From Desulfomonilia bacterium (GTDB lineage Bacteria; Desulfobacterota; Desulfomonilia; UBA1062), in contig JBEKDT010000014.1 in the NCBI GenBank assembly GCA_050014195.1, positions 32,001 through 96,000 on the forward strand: 64,000 nucleotides of DNA, given 5' to 3'. The translations under genes were made by a program, and so were the position numbers. The notes beneath the pieces are model-generated. The model made no database searches, was not told where the DNA came from, and saw only the letters and a list, made by a program, of their open reading frames with translations. How positions within the stretch are numbered: position 1 is the stretch's first letter; each line of letters opens with the position of its first letter. This document shows, piece by piece, positions 38,566 through 47,159 of the stretch.

Positions 38566-39015
38566 GGTTTCTCCTTATGAAAATGTCCCTTCATCTCTAA
38601 TGGAAGAGGGGCTGCTCGTCAAGGATGTAGGTTGAAAAGAGCGAAGCCAACCCCACCTGAATAAAAAGCATGGCGTTGTGAATAATAACCTGAAATGCAT
38701 CAGCTGGTATCTTACCAAATGATGAAGTTGAAGATTAAGAGCTTATCCATAAATAACGTTTACTTTTCTGAAGCGGATTATGGCCGCAGCAAGGTGGGTT
38801 AGGGCCAGATAGCTATCCAGTGTCTTCTCATATCAAACGACACTAATTATTTGCGGATAAACACTTAATATGGGCTCACCCTAGATCATAGACTGTAAAT
38901 AAATACTGCTTTATGGAAATATAGTTCCATTATTTTCTAAAAGTCACCCCGAGCTTCAACCTAATCTATCCATGCTGTATAGTATAATCTATTGTTATTA
39001 CTTGCTTATGTATGT

Positions 39016-39032
39016 TTGGAATGATATTTGCT
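39016..39032 (+). promoter_or_regulatory. Sigma-54 promoter of the PEP-CTERM gene
   Basis: TTGGAATGATATTTGCT with GG(39018) and GC(39030) at canonical -24/-12 spacing. Confidence 0.65.
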
Positions 39033-39072
39033 GTATTTATGTAAATTTCATCATGGATAAACAACGTATGGG

Positions 39073-39861
39073 GTGTTTATGTTCGTGAAACAGGTTAATA
39101 AATTGGTAGCTTTTATGATTGTAACCATTGCCCTGGGATTGTTTTCTAGCCCGACACATGCAGCTCTGATCAGCATTGAACGATACAACCAATATTCACT
39201 TTCATTCGATAATTTTTCCAACTTTGCGAATGCAACGTCGCCCTGTAGCATCCTCCAGACGTGGGCTGGTAATAGTGGCGATTCTGTTAATGAGACTACA
39301 TTTTATGCCGCTAATTGCACCAGCACCAGCTGGACTGGCGACAGCAATATGGGTGTGTCCAATGTAGTAGTTACCTCCGGTCAAGTGTCAGCAAGAATCA
39401 CTGCTCTTACGGGTTTAAATGGTACTACGAACATATCCTTTGATCATCCTCTAGGCGTTTTCCCCGGGGGTGGTACCGGGGTGTCCGTGTCCAATGGTCA
39501 ATATATTCTTGAGGCAAATTATACATCCGGCGGTGGCGTCAACTATGGGGGAACCTATTTGTGGCAAATGGTCATCCCAGGTAACTGGTCTACAATAGGT
39601 ACTTCTTTAGGAGATCACGAATTGTTGGGTTTCAACAGCGCTTACTGGACTATTGACGATAATTTTACATATAACAGCGGCACTAACACCACAACATTTC
39701 TTGCCAACGCCAAAGGCGGTTACACCGGTCAAAATATCAACTTGGACTTCAATCTCTACGGCGGTCCTGCGGCTACGCCGGTTCCCGAACCTGCCACATT
39801 GATGCTCCTCGGCTCTGGTCTGTTAGGTTTAGCAGGGTTTAGAAAGAAGATGAAAAAGTAA
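39073..39861 (+). CDS. PEP-CTERM sorting domain protein
   Basis: Signal peptide ending THA, Ser/Thr/Asn/Gly-rich body and C-terminal VPEPATLMLLGSGLLGLAGFRKK. Confidence 0.93.
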   Translation: MFMFVKQVNKLVAFMIVTIALGLFSSPTHAALISIERYNQYSLSFDNFSNFANATSPCSILQTWAGNSGDSVNETTFYAANCTSTSWTGDSNMGVSNVVVTSGQVSARITALTGLNGTTNISFDHPLGVFPGGGTGVSVSNGQYILEANYTSGGGVNYGGTYLWQMVIPGNWSTIGTSLGDHELLGFNSAYWTIDDNFTYNSGTNTTTFLANAKGGYTGQNINLDFNLYGGPAATPVPEPATLMLLGSGLLGLAGFRKKMKK

Positions 39862-39882
39862 CGTTGCGGTTTTCATGATTGC

Positions 39883-39915
39883 AAAAGCAGGGTCAATTTC
39901 AGGCCCTGCTTTTTT
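39883..39915 (+). terminator. Rho-independent terminator
   Basis: AAAAGCAGGG...CCCTGCTTTTTT. Confidence 0.8.
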
Positions 39916-40099
39916 ATTTCTTGAAGGCTTTTTAAATGTTATTGAATATTTCTTTTGATAAATATCAATTGCCCACGAGCACAAGAGACGAACGGAATGA
40001 TTCAACTATGGATGGATGGGAGACTTGAAATTATGTATACTGTGCTCTGCACTGCCGTATCCGTTCAGGGCACATTTACTTCATGAAAGGGGATATACC

Positions 40100-41911
40100 A
40101 TGGCTGAAAAATTCATCTCTGGAAGAAATCTGAAGTTCCTGCTGTATGAGATGTTCGATGCGGAGTCGCTCCTTAGCTATCCCCGTTATGCCGACCACAG
40201 CCGCGAGGTCTTCGACATGGTCATGGATACAGCCATGAAGATGGGAAAGGACCTGTTCAAACCGGTCCTTTCCGAAATGGATAAGAACCCTCCTGAGTAT
40301 GTGGACGGAAAGGTGAAGGTTCATCCGGCAGTGAGAACCATCATGCAGGAATGCGGGAGCGGCGGGTGGATCGGCGCCACCTTCGACTATGAACATGGAG
40401 GCCAGCAGCTGCCCGAGATGGTAGGCATGATGATCCCCACGGCCATATTTGCAGCTGCCAATTATTCCGCATCCATCTACCACGGGCTGACCACCGGGGC
40501 TGCCTTTCTGATCGCATCGTTCTGCCCCAAGAAGATCCAGGACCTGTATCTGCCAAAAATGATGGCAGGACAGTGGCAGGGGACCATGGCCCTGACCGAG
40601 CCTCAGGCCGGCAGCTCGCTCACCGACATCACATGCGCCGCAGAGCCTACCGAGGAAGGCTACTATCTGATCAGAGGGCAGAAGATATTCATCTCAGCAG
40701 GGGACCACGACTCCGCTGATAATATCATCCACCTGGCCCTGGCGAGGGTAAAGGGCGCACCAGCGGGCATCAAGGGCATCTCGCTCTTCCTCATCCCAAA
40801 GATGCGGATCGGATCCGGCGGCGAACTCGTGTTCAACGACGTCAACTGCGCCGGCATCTATCATAAGCTCGGCTATAGGGGCGGCCCCATCACCCAGCTC
40901 GCCTTCGGCGAGAGCGGCGACTGCCGGGGGTGGCTCGTGGGCGAGGCAAACAGGGGCCTGTCCTACATGTTTCAGATGATGAACGGGGCGAGGATCGATG
41001 TGGGCTTGGGTGCGGCATGCATCTCTTCTGCCGCCTACTATGCATCGCTTGAGTATGCCAAGGAACGCCCCCAGGGTCGCAGGCTCTCGTCCAAAGATCC
41101 CCTTTCACCTCAGGTGTCCATCATCGAGCACCCCGACATCAGACGCATGCTCCTGTTCCAGAAGGCAGTGGTTGAGGGTTCCCTCTCGCTGCTCATGCAG
41201 TGCAGCTACTACCACGACATGGAAAAGGTCAGCGAGGGCGAGCAGAAGGAGGACTACAACCTGCTCCTAGAGCTGCTGACGCCTGTCGCCAAGACCTACC
41301 CTTCCGAGATGGGCATCCTTTCCTGTAGCCAGGGGCTCCAGATCCTGGGCGGGTACGGCTACTGCGATGAGTTCCCCCTGGAGCAGTATTACCGCGATGT
41401 AAGGATCCATCCCATCCACGAGGGTACTACCGGCATCCAGGGTATGGACCTTCTGGGCCGCAAGATGACTATGAAGAAGGGCCGGGCCGGCCTGCTCTAC
41501 TTGGCCGAGGTCCGTAAAACCATCCAGACGGCGCAGACAAATGGTGGACTGAAGACCTTTGCCCACGATTTGGAAAAGGCCCTCTCGCAACTCGAGGGGG
41601 TGACGGCGCATCTCATCGGCATTGCCATGAAGGGTGACCCGGAACTCTTCCTGGCCGATGCAACCCTGTACCTGGAACTTTTCGGCATCATCGCCATAGC
41701 CTGGCAGTGGCTCCTACAGGCCTTGACTGCGAACAAAGCACTCAAAAAGGGGAGTCTTCTGAGCGGTGATATGAATTTCTACACCGGCAAGATCTATGCA
41801 TGCCGCTATTTCTATGGCTATGAGCTTCCCAAGATCGAGGGGCTGGCAAGACGCCTCATGAACAGCGACGGCCTGACCGTGGAGATAAAGAACGAGTATT
41901 TCGAGGAATAA
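40100..41911 (+). CDS. Acyl-CoA dehydrogenase (long ~600-aa type)
   Basis: GTMALTEPQAGS, GQKIFIS, GLQILGGYGY and IHEGTTGIQ. RBS AAGGGG before ATG 40100. Confidence 0.95.
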   Translation: MAEKFISGRNLKFLLYEMFDAESLLSYPRYADHSREVFDMVMDTAMKMGKDLFKPVLSEMDKNPPEYVDGKVKVHPAVRTIMQECGSGGWIGATFDYEHGGQQLPEMVGMMIPTAIFAAANYSASIYHGLTTGAAFLIASFCPKKIQDLYLPKMMAGQWQGTMALTEPQAGSSLTDITCAAEPTEEGYYLIRGQKIFISAGDHDSADNIIHLALARVKGAPAGIKGISLFLIPKMRIGSGGELVFNDVNCAGIYHKLGYRGGPITQLAFGESGDCRGWLVGEANRGLSYMFQMMNGARIDVGLGAACISSAAYYASLEYAKERPQGRRLSSKDPLSPQVSIIEHPDIRRMLLFQKAVVEGSLSLLMQCSYYHDMEKVSEGEQKEDYNLLLELLTPVAKTYPSEMGILSCSQGLQILGGYGYCDEFPLEQYYRDVRIHPIHEGTTGIQGMDLLGRKMTMKKGRAGLLYLAEVRKTIQTAQTNGGLKTFAHDLEKALSQLEGVTAHLIGIAMKGDPELFLADATLYLELFGIIAIAWQWLLQALTANKALKKGSLLSGDMNFYTGKIYACRYFYGYELPKIEGLARRLMNSDGLTVEIKNEYFEE

Positions 41912-42039
41912 ACGAATATCCAAAGGCCGGGGCCTTCAATACGAAAGGACTTTTATGTGCAGCCAACGTTCAAGCTACTGCGCCGCAGGCTGCTGAGTCC
42001 AAGGCTCGAAGAAAGCGCAAGCAGCTGCCAACTGATGCG

Positions 42040-43053
42040 TCATTTCCCGACTACCAGAACTGCGAAGCTGTCCTTGATCATTGTCGGGCGCTGCCTCGAT
42101 CCTTCCGCCGTTGACGCCTTTTGAGGAGAAAACTGTGCGGCGGGCAGATAGATATTGTGGGTCTTGAGATCAATCGCCATTGTACGAGATCCAGGTTGCG
42201 TAGTAACAGTCTCTCCTACCTCGAACCTGCCCGGAGAAGACTCCCATACCACGGTAAGGGTACCATCTCCATTAGAGCTGAACGCCAGTCCTGTTTTCGG
42301 ATCAAAACCGTTTCCGTCAACACCTTCGCCAATCGGTACGGTGGCAATTACTTTGCCGGTCTCCGTGTCCAGAATGGCCATGACCTTGTTGTGGCATCCC
42401 GAATAGACGCGGTGATGCTCCGCATCAAGACCCATTCCGGTGGGTTCCTCACCAGGCTTGAGTGAATACCTTTTTGTAGGCGCGAGTTTCCGGCTGTCTA
42501 TTTCCACTACCTCATTGGTGTCTTCCATATTTACATAGACCTTTCCTTTGCCGTCTGCCGCCGCAAATTCCGGTTTACCGCCAAGGGCAATCGTGCCGGC
42601 AACCTCCCCGGAAGCGGCTCCGAACACAGTGGCGTCCTTGCTGCGGCCATTGAAAGTGAATACTCGTTGAGAGGCAGGGTCGTAAAGGATGGCATCGGGA
42701 TTTTCTCCGGTTTTCACTCGACCGAGGACCTTCAGTGTTTTCAAGTCGAAAATGGTTGCCGTATTTGCCCTTCCATTACTGGTAAAGCCTCGGTTCAACT
42801 CCGATGCTATAGCGATTCCATGCACGCCCGGAGTGTCGGCAATATCGCCCACTACCTTATCTGTATCGATATCTACCACCATAACGTGAGTGGAGCGGGA
42901 AATGTACAGCCGCCTGGCTGCGCTATCTACCGTCAGGTCGTCCCAACCGCCTTCGCCGCCCAGTTGCAGCTTTTTAATTACGTGATACCCGGGGTCTGCA
43001 GCATATGAAATAGTACCGACCAGGAGACTGCAAAACAATAAGAATACTTTCAA
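42040..43053 (-). CDS. YncE/YVTN-like beta-propeller secreted protein
   Basis: Signal peptide, GGEGGWD.L, and repeated blade motifs (TPGVHGIA, TGENPDAI, GGKPEFA). Confidence 0.85.
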   Translation of the reverse strand: MKVFLLFCSLLVGTISYAADPGYHVIKKLQLGGEGGWDDLTVDSAARRLYISRSTHVMVVDIDTDKVVGDIADTPGVHGIAIASELNRGFTSNGRANTATIFDLKTLKVLGRVKTGENPDAILYDPASQRVFTFNGRSKDATVFGAASGEVAGTIALGGKPEFAAADGKGKVYVNMEDTNEVVEIDSRKLAPTKRYSLKPGEEPTGMGLDAEHHRVYSGCHNKVMAILDTETGKVIATVPIGEGVDGNGFDPKTGLAFSSNGDGTLTVVWESSPGRFEVGETVTTQPGSRTMAIDLKTHNIYLPAAQFSPQKASTAEGSRQRPTMIKDSFAVLVVGK

Positions 43054-43297
43054 GATGTTACCGCCTTTAGCAGATTATTTGAGGTGCTCTTAACATATCA
43101 GTATGGGCAGAAAGTCGCAACCGCACGGCAATAGCCTTCTCTCAAGGTTTCAACCGGTAATTAAGAGCATTCTCATGTCGAGATTTCCGCTTCTGCTCAT
43201 ATTTAGCTCTCTTTTTACACTCCATCATTGAATGCATCCAGCACAACATCTATACGCTCATACTTCTACGCTGTGGCAGATAGTGGTAGATAGTAAA

Positions 43298-43537
43298 TTA
43301 TTTTTCTTTTTGAATAGCCTTCAACCTGAGTAGATCAATATCGGTCATCGGCTGGTACTTATTAATCATATCACCGAGCGCCTCATTTACGAGAAGAGAA
43401 AGCTCTTTCCCTGTTAAAGCTGAAAGAACCGTAAGGGCTTTCGTATACCGTTCATCGATATAGTAATTTCTCTTAATGATTTTGAAATTCTTATCACCAT
43501 TTATAAAATTAATCGGCTTTCTTCCTCTTTTTGCCAT
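43298..43537 (-). CDS. Small basic protein, ribbon-helix-helix-like DNA-binding candidate
   Basis: GAGGA RBS and KRNYYID...ALTVLSALTGKELSLLVNEAL strand-helix-helix pattern. Confidence 0.55.
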   Translation of the reverse strand: MAKRGRKPINFINGDKNFKIIKRNYYIDERYTKALTVLSALTGKELSLLVNEALGDMINKYQPMTDIDLLRLKAIQKEK

Positions 43538-43713
43538 TAAGTTATCCTCTCAATACAAACGTCAAATATTTCGATTTTAGTTTTCTCCTCAATTTTTTGT
43601 AGAGACGATTGAGAAAAGAAATAGTTTACTTGGATAGAAATATAATTTTCAAGACTTTGATATTAAGCAACATTGTTATTCTTAAAAACTCCCCATTATC
43701 TTTATGGGATAAA

Positions 43714-44760
43714 TTAAGATACCAAAATCAAGACGCGATTGAGGATAAACGATAGCAGATATGACAGTCCTGCCGATGCAGGTATGGTGATAAGCCATGT
43801 GAGCAGGATGTCTTTGGCAAGACCCCACCGGATTATACCCATACGCTGGGCTGCCCCGCCTCCAACAATGCCCGATGATGCAACGTGCGTGGTGCTTACC
43901 GGAAAACCGAAGACCGAGCAGAGGAATACGACCAGAGCTGTCGAGAACATGGCGCCGAATCCATGGATAGGTTTGATCTTGAAGAGCTTCATACCCATAG
44001 TTCTTATGATACGCTTGCCGCCGGACAGCATGCCCAGTGACAAGGCGAACGAGCAGGCAAGGATAACCCATGTCGGGACTACAAAGAGTCCACCGGGCCC
44101 CGGGGTATAGAGCATTGCCATGGCTGTAGGATCGTGACGGTAGAGGACGAGCAGGCTCAAGGTTATGAGCCCCATGGCCTTCTGGGCATCATTGGTCCCA
44201 TGAGAGATGGCAAGCATGGCTGCGGAGAAGATCTGGAGCCTCTTGAGAATGCTTGAGGCCACCACCGGATGCATATGCCGTAATAGGCGGAAGTTCAACC
44301 TGGTGAGATTAAAGGCGCTTATAAAGCCAAGCAGTGGCGAAATCAGAATCACACCGAATATAACAAGCACACTTTTCCACTCAATGGAATTAAGCCCTGA
44401 GGTCTGGAGTGCAGCACCCATAAGCCCCCCGATAACGGCATGGGATGAGGACGATGGCAGCCCGATGACCCAGGTGAGAATGTTCCAGGCGGTAGCGGCG
44501 GCGATGGCTGCAATGATACCCCCGATGGTCATGGCGTCGATGCTGACGATTCCCTGTCCGATTGTTTTTGCTACGGCCGTACCCAAAATAAGCGATCCGA
44601 AAAATACGAGCAGCGCAGTCATGATCAGGGCGTTTCGTATGTTCATTGACCTGGATGATACAATGGTTGTTACGATATTCGATGCGTCGTGAAATCCGTT
44701 GCTGAAGTTGAAGAACAAACCCAACGCAATTACAATATATGCCACGTGAATAATATCCAT
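43714..44760 (-). CDS. Inorganic phosphate transporter (PiT family)
   Basis: NGFHDASN, GLPSSSSHA, HGTNDAQK and PVSTTH motifs. Confidence 0.93.
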   Translation of the reverse strand: MDIIHVAYIVIALGLFFNFSNGFHDASNIVTTIVSSRSMNIRNALIMTALLVFFGSLILGTAVAKTIGQGIVSIDAMTIGGIIAAIAAATAWNILTWVIGLPSSSSHAVIGGLMGAALQTSGLNSIEWKSVLVIFGVILISPLLGFISAFNLTRLNFRLLRHMHPVVASSILKRLQIFSAAMLAISHGTNDAQKAMGLITLSLLVLYRHDPTAMAMLYTPGPGGLFVVPTWVILACSFALSLGMLSGGKRIIRTMGMKLFKIKPIHGFGAMFSTALVVFLCSVFGFPVSTTHVASSGIVGGGAAQRMGIIRWGLAKDILLTWLITIPASAGLSYLLSFILNRVLILVS

Positions 44761-44909
44761 GCAGGCATGATAACCGAAAATAGCACGAGAATGCTACCCC
44801 TCAACACAGCGGTTCCCATGTATGATCGGGGATTTAAGAATAATGAGGGTTTACGCCGATAGTATGATTCGGATGATGAGATCTTTTGCGTACACAATCA
44901 GGAGACTAG

Positions 44910-46457
44910 ATGGCAGATAAACAGAGGATGGGCGAGGTTCTGGTGGAGTTGGGCCTCATCGATGAGCACAGGCTCAGGCATGCCCTCGATGTCTCTATAA
45001 AGGAAAGGGTGAAGCTGGGGGAGACACTTATCCGCCTTGGATATCTCAGTGAAGACCAGGTCCTTGATATTCTGAAAAACTTAACCGGTATCGTAACCCT
45101 GAACATGAGGGAATGGACTATAAAAAAGCATGTACAGGTAATGCTTGCCCCTGAGCGCATGAAGGAAATGAAAGTTATCCCTTTGGATGCAAATAACAAG
45201 AGGGCTACCGTGGCCTTAGCCGATCCTTTGAACTACGTCGCAGTCGAGAGCATCAAATTACTCATCAAGAGAGATGTTACCCCGGTGCTTGCCTCATCAG
45301 CACAGATAAATGACATCCTGAACCACCTCGATAATGTCGGATACGGCATAAAAAATCTTCAGCTTAACGAAGTCAGGCGCAGTGTAATGAGTATGACCTC
45401 TCTGGATGTGAACGCCTCGGCGGTACTCAAGCTCCTGGATGAACCAGGTTGTACGGGTCTCCATCTCTCAATAGGCGCAACGCCTGCCATACGGATGGGA
45501 GGTCATTTTAAACGGTGGAATCTCCCCATTATCACACAGATGGTTATGGAGAAGATCCTGAAGGAGATCTTATCAGAACATGATTTGGAGATTCTCAAGG
45601 ATAAGAAAGAGGTCGAATGCACGTATATTAAACCCGGGCATGGAAGATATCGCCTGAACATCTATCTCCAGAAAGGCGGGGAGGTCACCATCGCAGCGAA
45701 GAAGCTTGTGGAGGTGATCCCTTCTGCGGCATCGCTGGGCATTCCCTCGATGCTCACCTCTTTACTTGACAGACGCGGGCTTCTACTCGTAAGCAGCGCC
45801 AGGGGGCAGGGCAAGGATACGACCATAGCCGCCTTGATACATTATATAAACAGCACACAGAGCTGCAACATCATCACCCTTGAGGATCCCATCGAATATA
45901 TTCATCATCACAAACTCTCGAACGTGAATCAGCGGGAGATCGGCCATGACACCCATAAGGACTTGCAAGAGGTCTTTGAGAAGGTTATCAAGCTCGACCC
46001 TGATGTGCTTGTAATCACAAACCTTAAAGACGCATTCATGATGGATACCGCGGTGCTTGCAGCGCACAAGGGCATCCTTGTAATTGCAGGCATGAATGAG
46101 CTGGATGTCTTCAGCGCCATAGAGCAGTTTCTCTCTTCGCTTTCAAGTGATTACATGAGGGGACTTTTTTCGCGCTCCATCCTGGCTGCATTCTCCCAGA
46201 GACTTATGTTCTCGAAATTGTCCAGGAAGATGATTCTTGCCTGGGAAGGACTTCTGGCCACGCACAGGATACAAAAATACATCAGAGACGATAAGGTCTA
46301 TTACATCAAAGGCCAGGCACCTTCCTTGCGGGGAGAGTATTTCCCGGTCGAAGAAAGCATAGCTGAAGCCATCAAAAACAAACGGATCGATTATGAATCG
46401 GTGCAGGATGAACCATGGGTCCACCAAGATACCTTGAAGGTCCTTCTGGAGCCGTGA
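44910..46457 (+). CDS. MshEN/GSPII-N domain fused to degenerate PilT/PilU-like ATPase domain
   Basis: Tandem RMGEVL..GLI / KLGETL..GYL motifs, LADP, RYRLN, ITLEDPIEY and NQREIG. Walker A, Walker B and His box are altered. Confidence 0.85.
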   Translation: MADKQRMGEVLVELGLIDEHRLRHALDVSIKERVKLGETLIRLGYLSEDQVLDILKNLTGIVTLNMREWTIKKHVQVMLAPERMKEMKVIPLDANNKRATVALADPLNYVAVESIKLLIKRDVTPVLASSAQINDILNHLDNVGYGIKNLQLNEVRRSVMSMTSLDVNASAVLKLLDEPGCTGLHLSIGATPAIRMGGHFKRWNLPIITQMVMEKILKEILSEHDLEILKDKKEVECTYIKPGHGRYRLNIYLQKGGEVTIAAKKLVEVIPSAASLGIPSMLTSLLDRRGLLLVSSARGQGKDTTIAALIHYINSTQSCNIITLEDPIEYIHHHKLSNVNQREIGHDTHKDLQEVFEKVIKLDPDVLVITNLKDAFMMDTAVLAAHKGILVIAGMNELDVFSAIEQFLSSLSSDYMRGLFSRSILAAFSQRLMFSKLSRKMILAWEGLLATHRIQKYIRDDKVYYIKGQAPSLRGEYFPVEESIAEAIKNKRIDYESVQDEPWVHQDTLKVLLEP

Positions 46458-46608
46458 TACAAACAATGTTGCCTCTCGTTTTTTCATGAACGAGGAGTCA
46501 TTCAGTACAACTTTTTGCTTGCATAGACACTCCCGATAGTGTATTAAATGAATCATGATTCAGAATAATTATCTGAATTCATGAATAAAAAACTCTAAGG
46601 AGTGTGCG

Positions 46609-46977
46609 ATGAGCAGATTAATGACCTTGGTATTTGTTGCTATGATGACTTTAGCTGTATCCGGTATCGCATTTGCCGCTGATGCAGCACAGGCACAACC
46701 GATGTTTGTCGATTGGGCGAAAGTGATCTTTGTTGCTGCATCAATCATTGCAGCAGGTCTCTGCATGGGTATCGGTGCAACCGGAGCCGGTTCAGGAATG
46801 GGTGCTGCATTGGCGGGTGCAACCGAGGCAGTCGGCCGCAATCCTGATGCCCAGGGCAAGATCATGCTCACCCTCATGGTCGGTCTTGCTATGATCGAGT
46901 CCATCGCCATCTACGCACTGGTTATTTCGCTCATCATCCTGTACGCCAATCCGTTCAAGGCCGTTATTCTCGGATAG
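46609..46977 (+). CDS. atpE: ATP synthase F0 subunit c with N-terminal extension, orphan
   Basis: Gly-rich helix GIGATGAGSGMG, RNP loop and MIESIAIY carboxylate site. Confidence 0.93.
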   Translation: MSRLMTLVFVAMMTLAVSGIAFAADAAQAQPMFVDWAKVIFVAASIIAAGLCMGIGATGAGSGMGAALAGATEAVGRNPDAQGKIMLTLMVGLAMIESIAIYALVISLIILYANPFKAVILG

Positions 46978-47159
46978 CCTGTGTTAGGATTGATGATCCC
47001 TTTACATGAATACAGGCAAATACGACTTGACCCGTTATCTTTATGGTATTTTACGGGTCGTCTATGCCGGGGGGTCGGACGGCGTTCATTGTGTGAACCG
47101 TGAGGTTTTAAGTGTTATCGAAACGTGAATGGTTCGTATAACACGGTCAGGAGATTGAT

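Noticed and set aside
47005-47155. Possible c-di-GMP riboswitch or structured leader before the Cache gene
   Set aside because: GGCAAA and two hairpins are present, but the GAAA tetraloop/receptor and GCAAAG elements of the c-di-GMP-I consensus are not.
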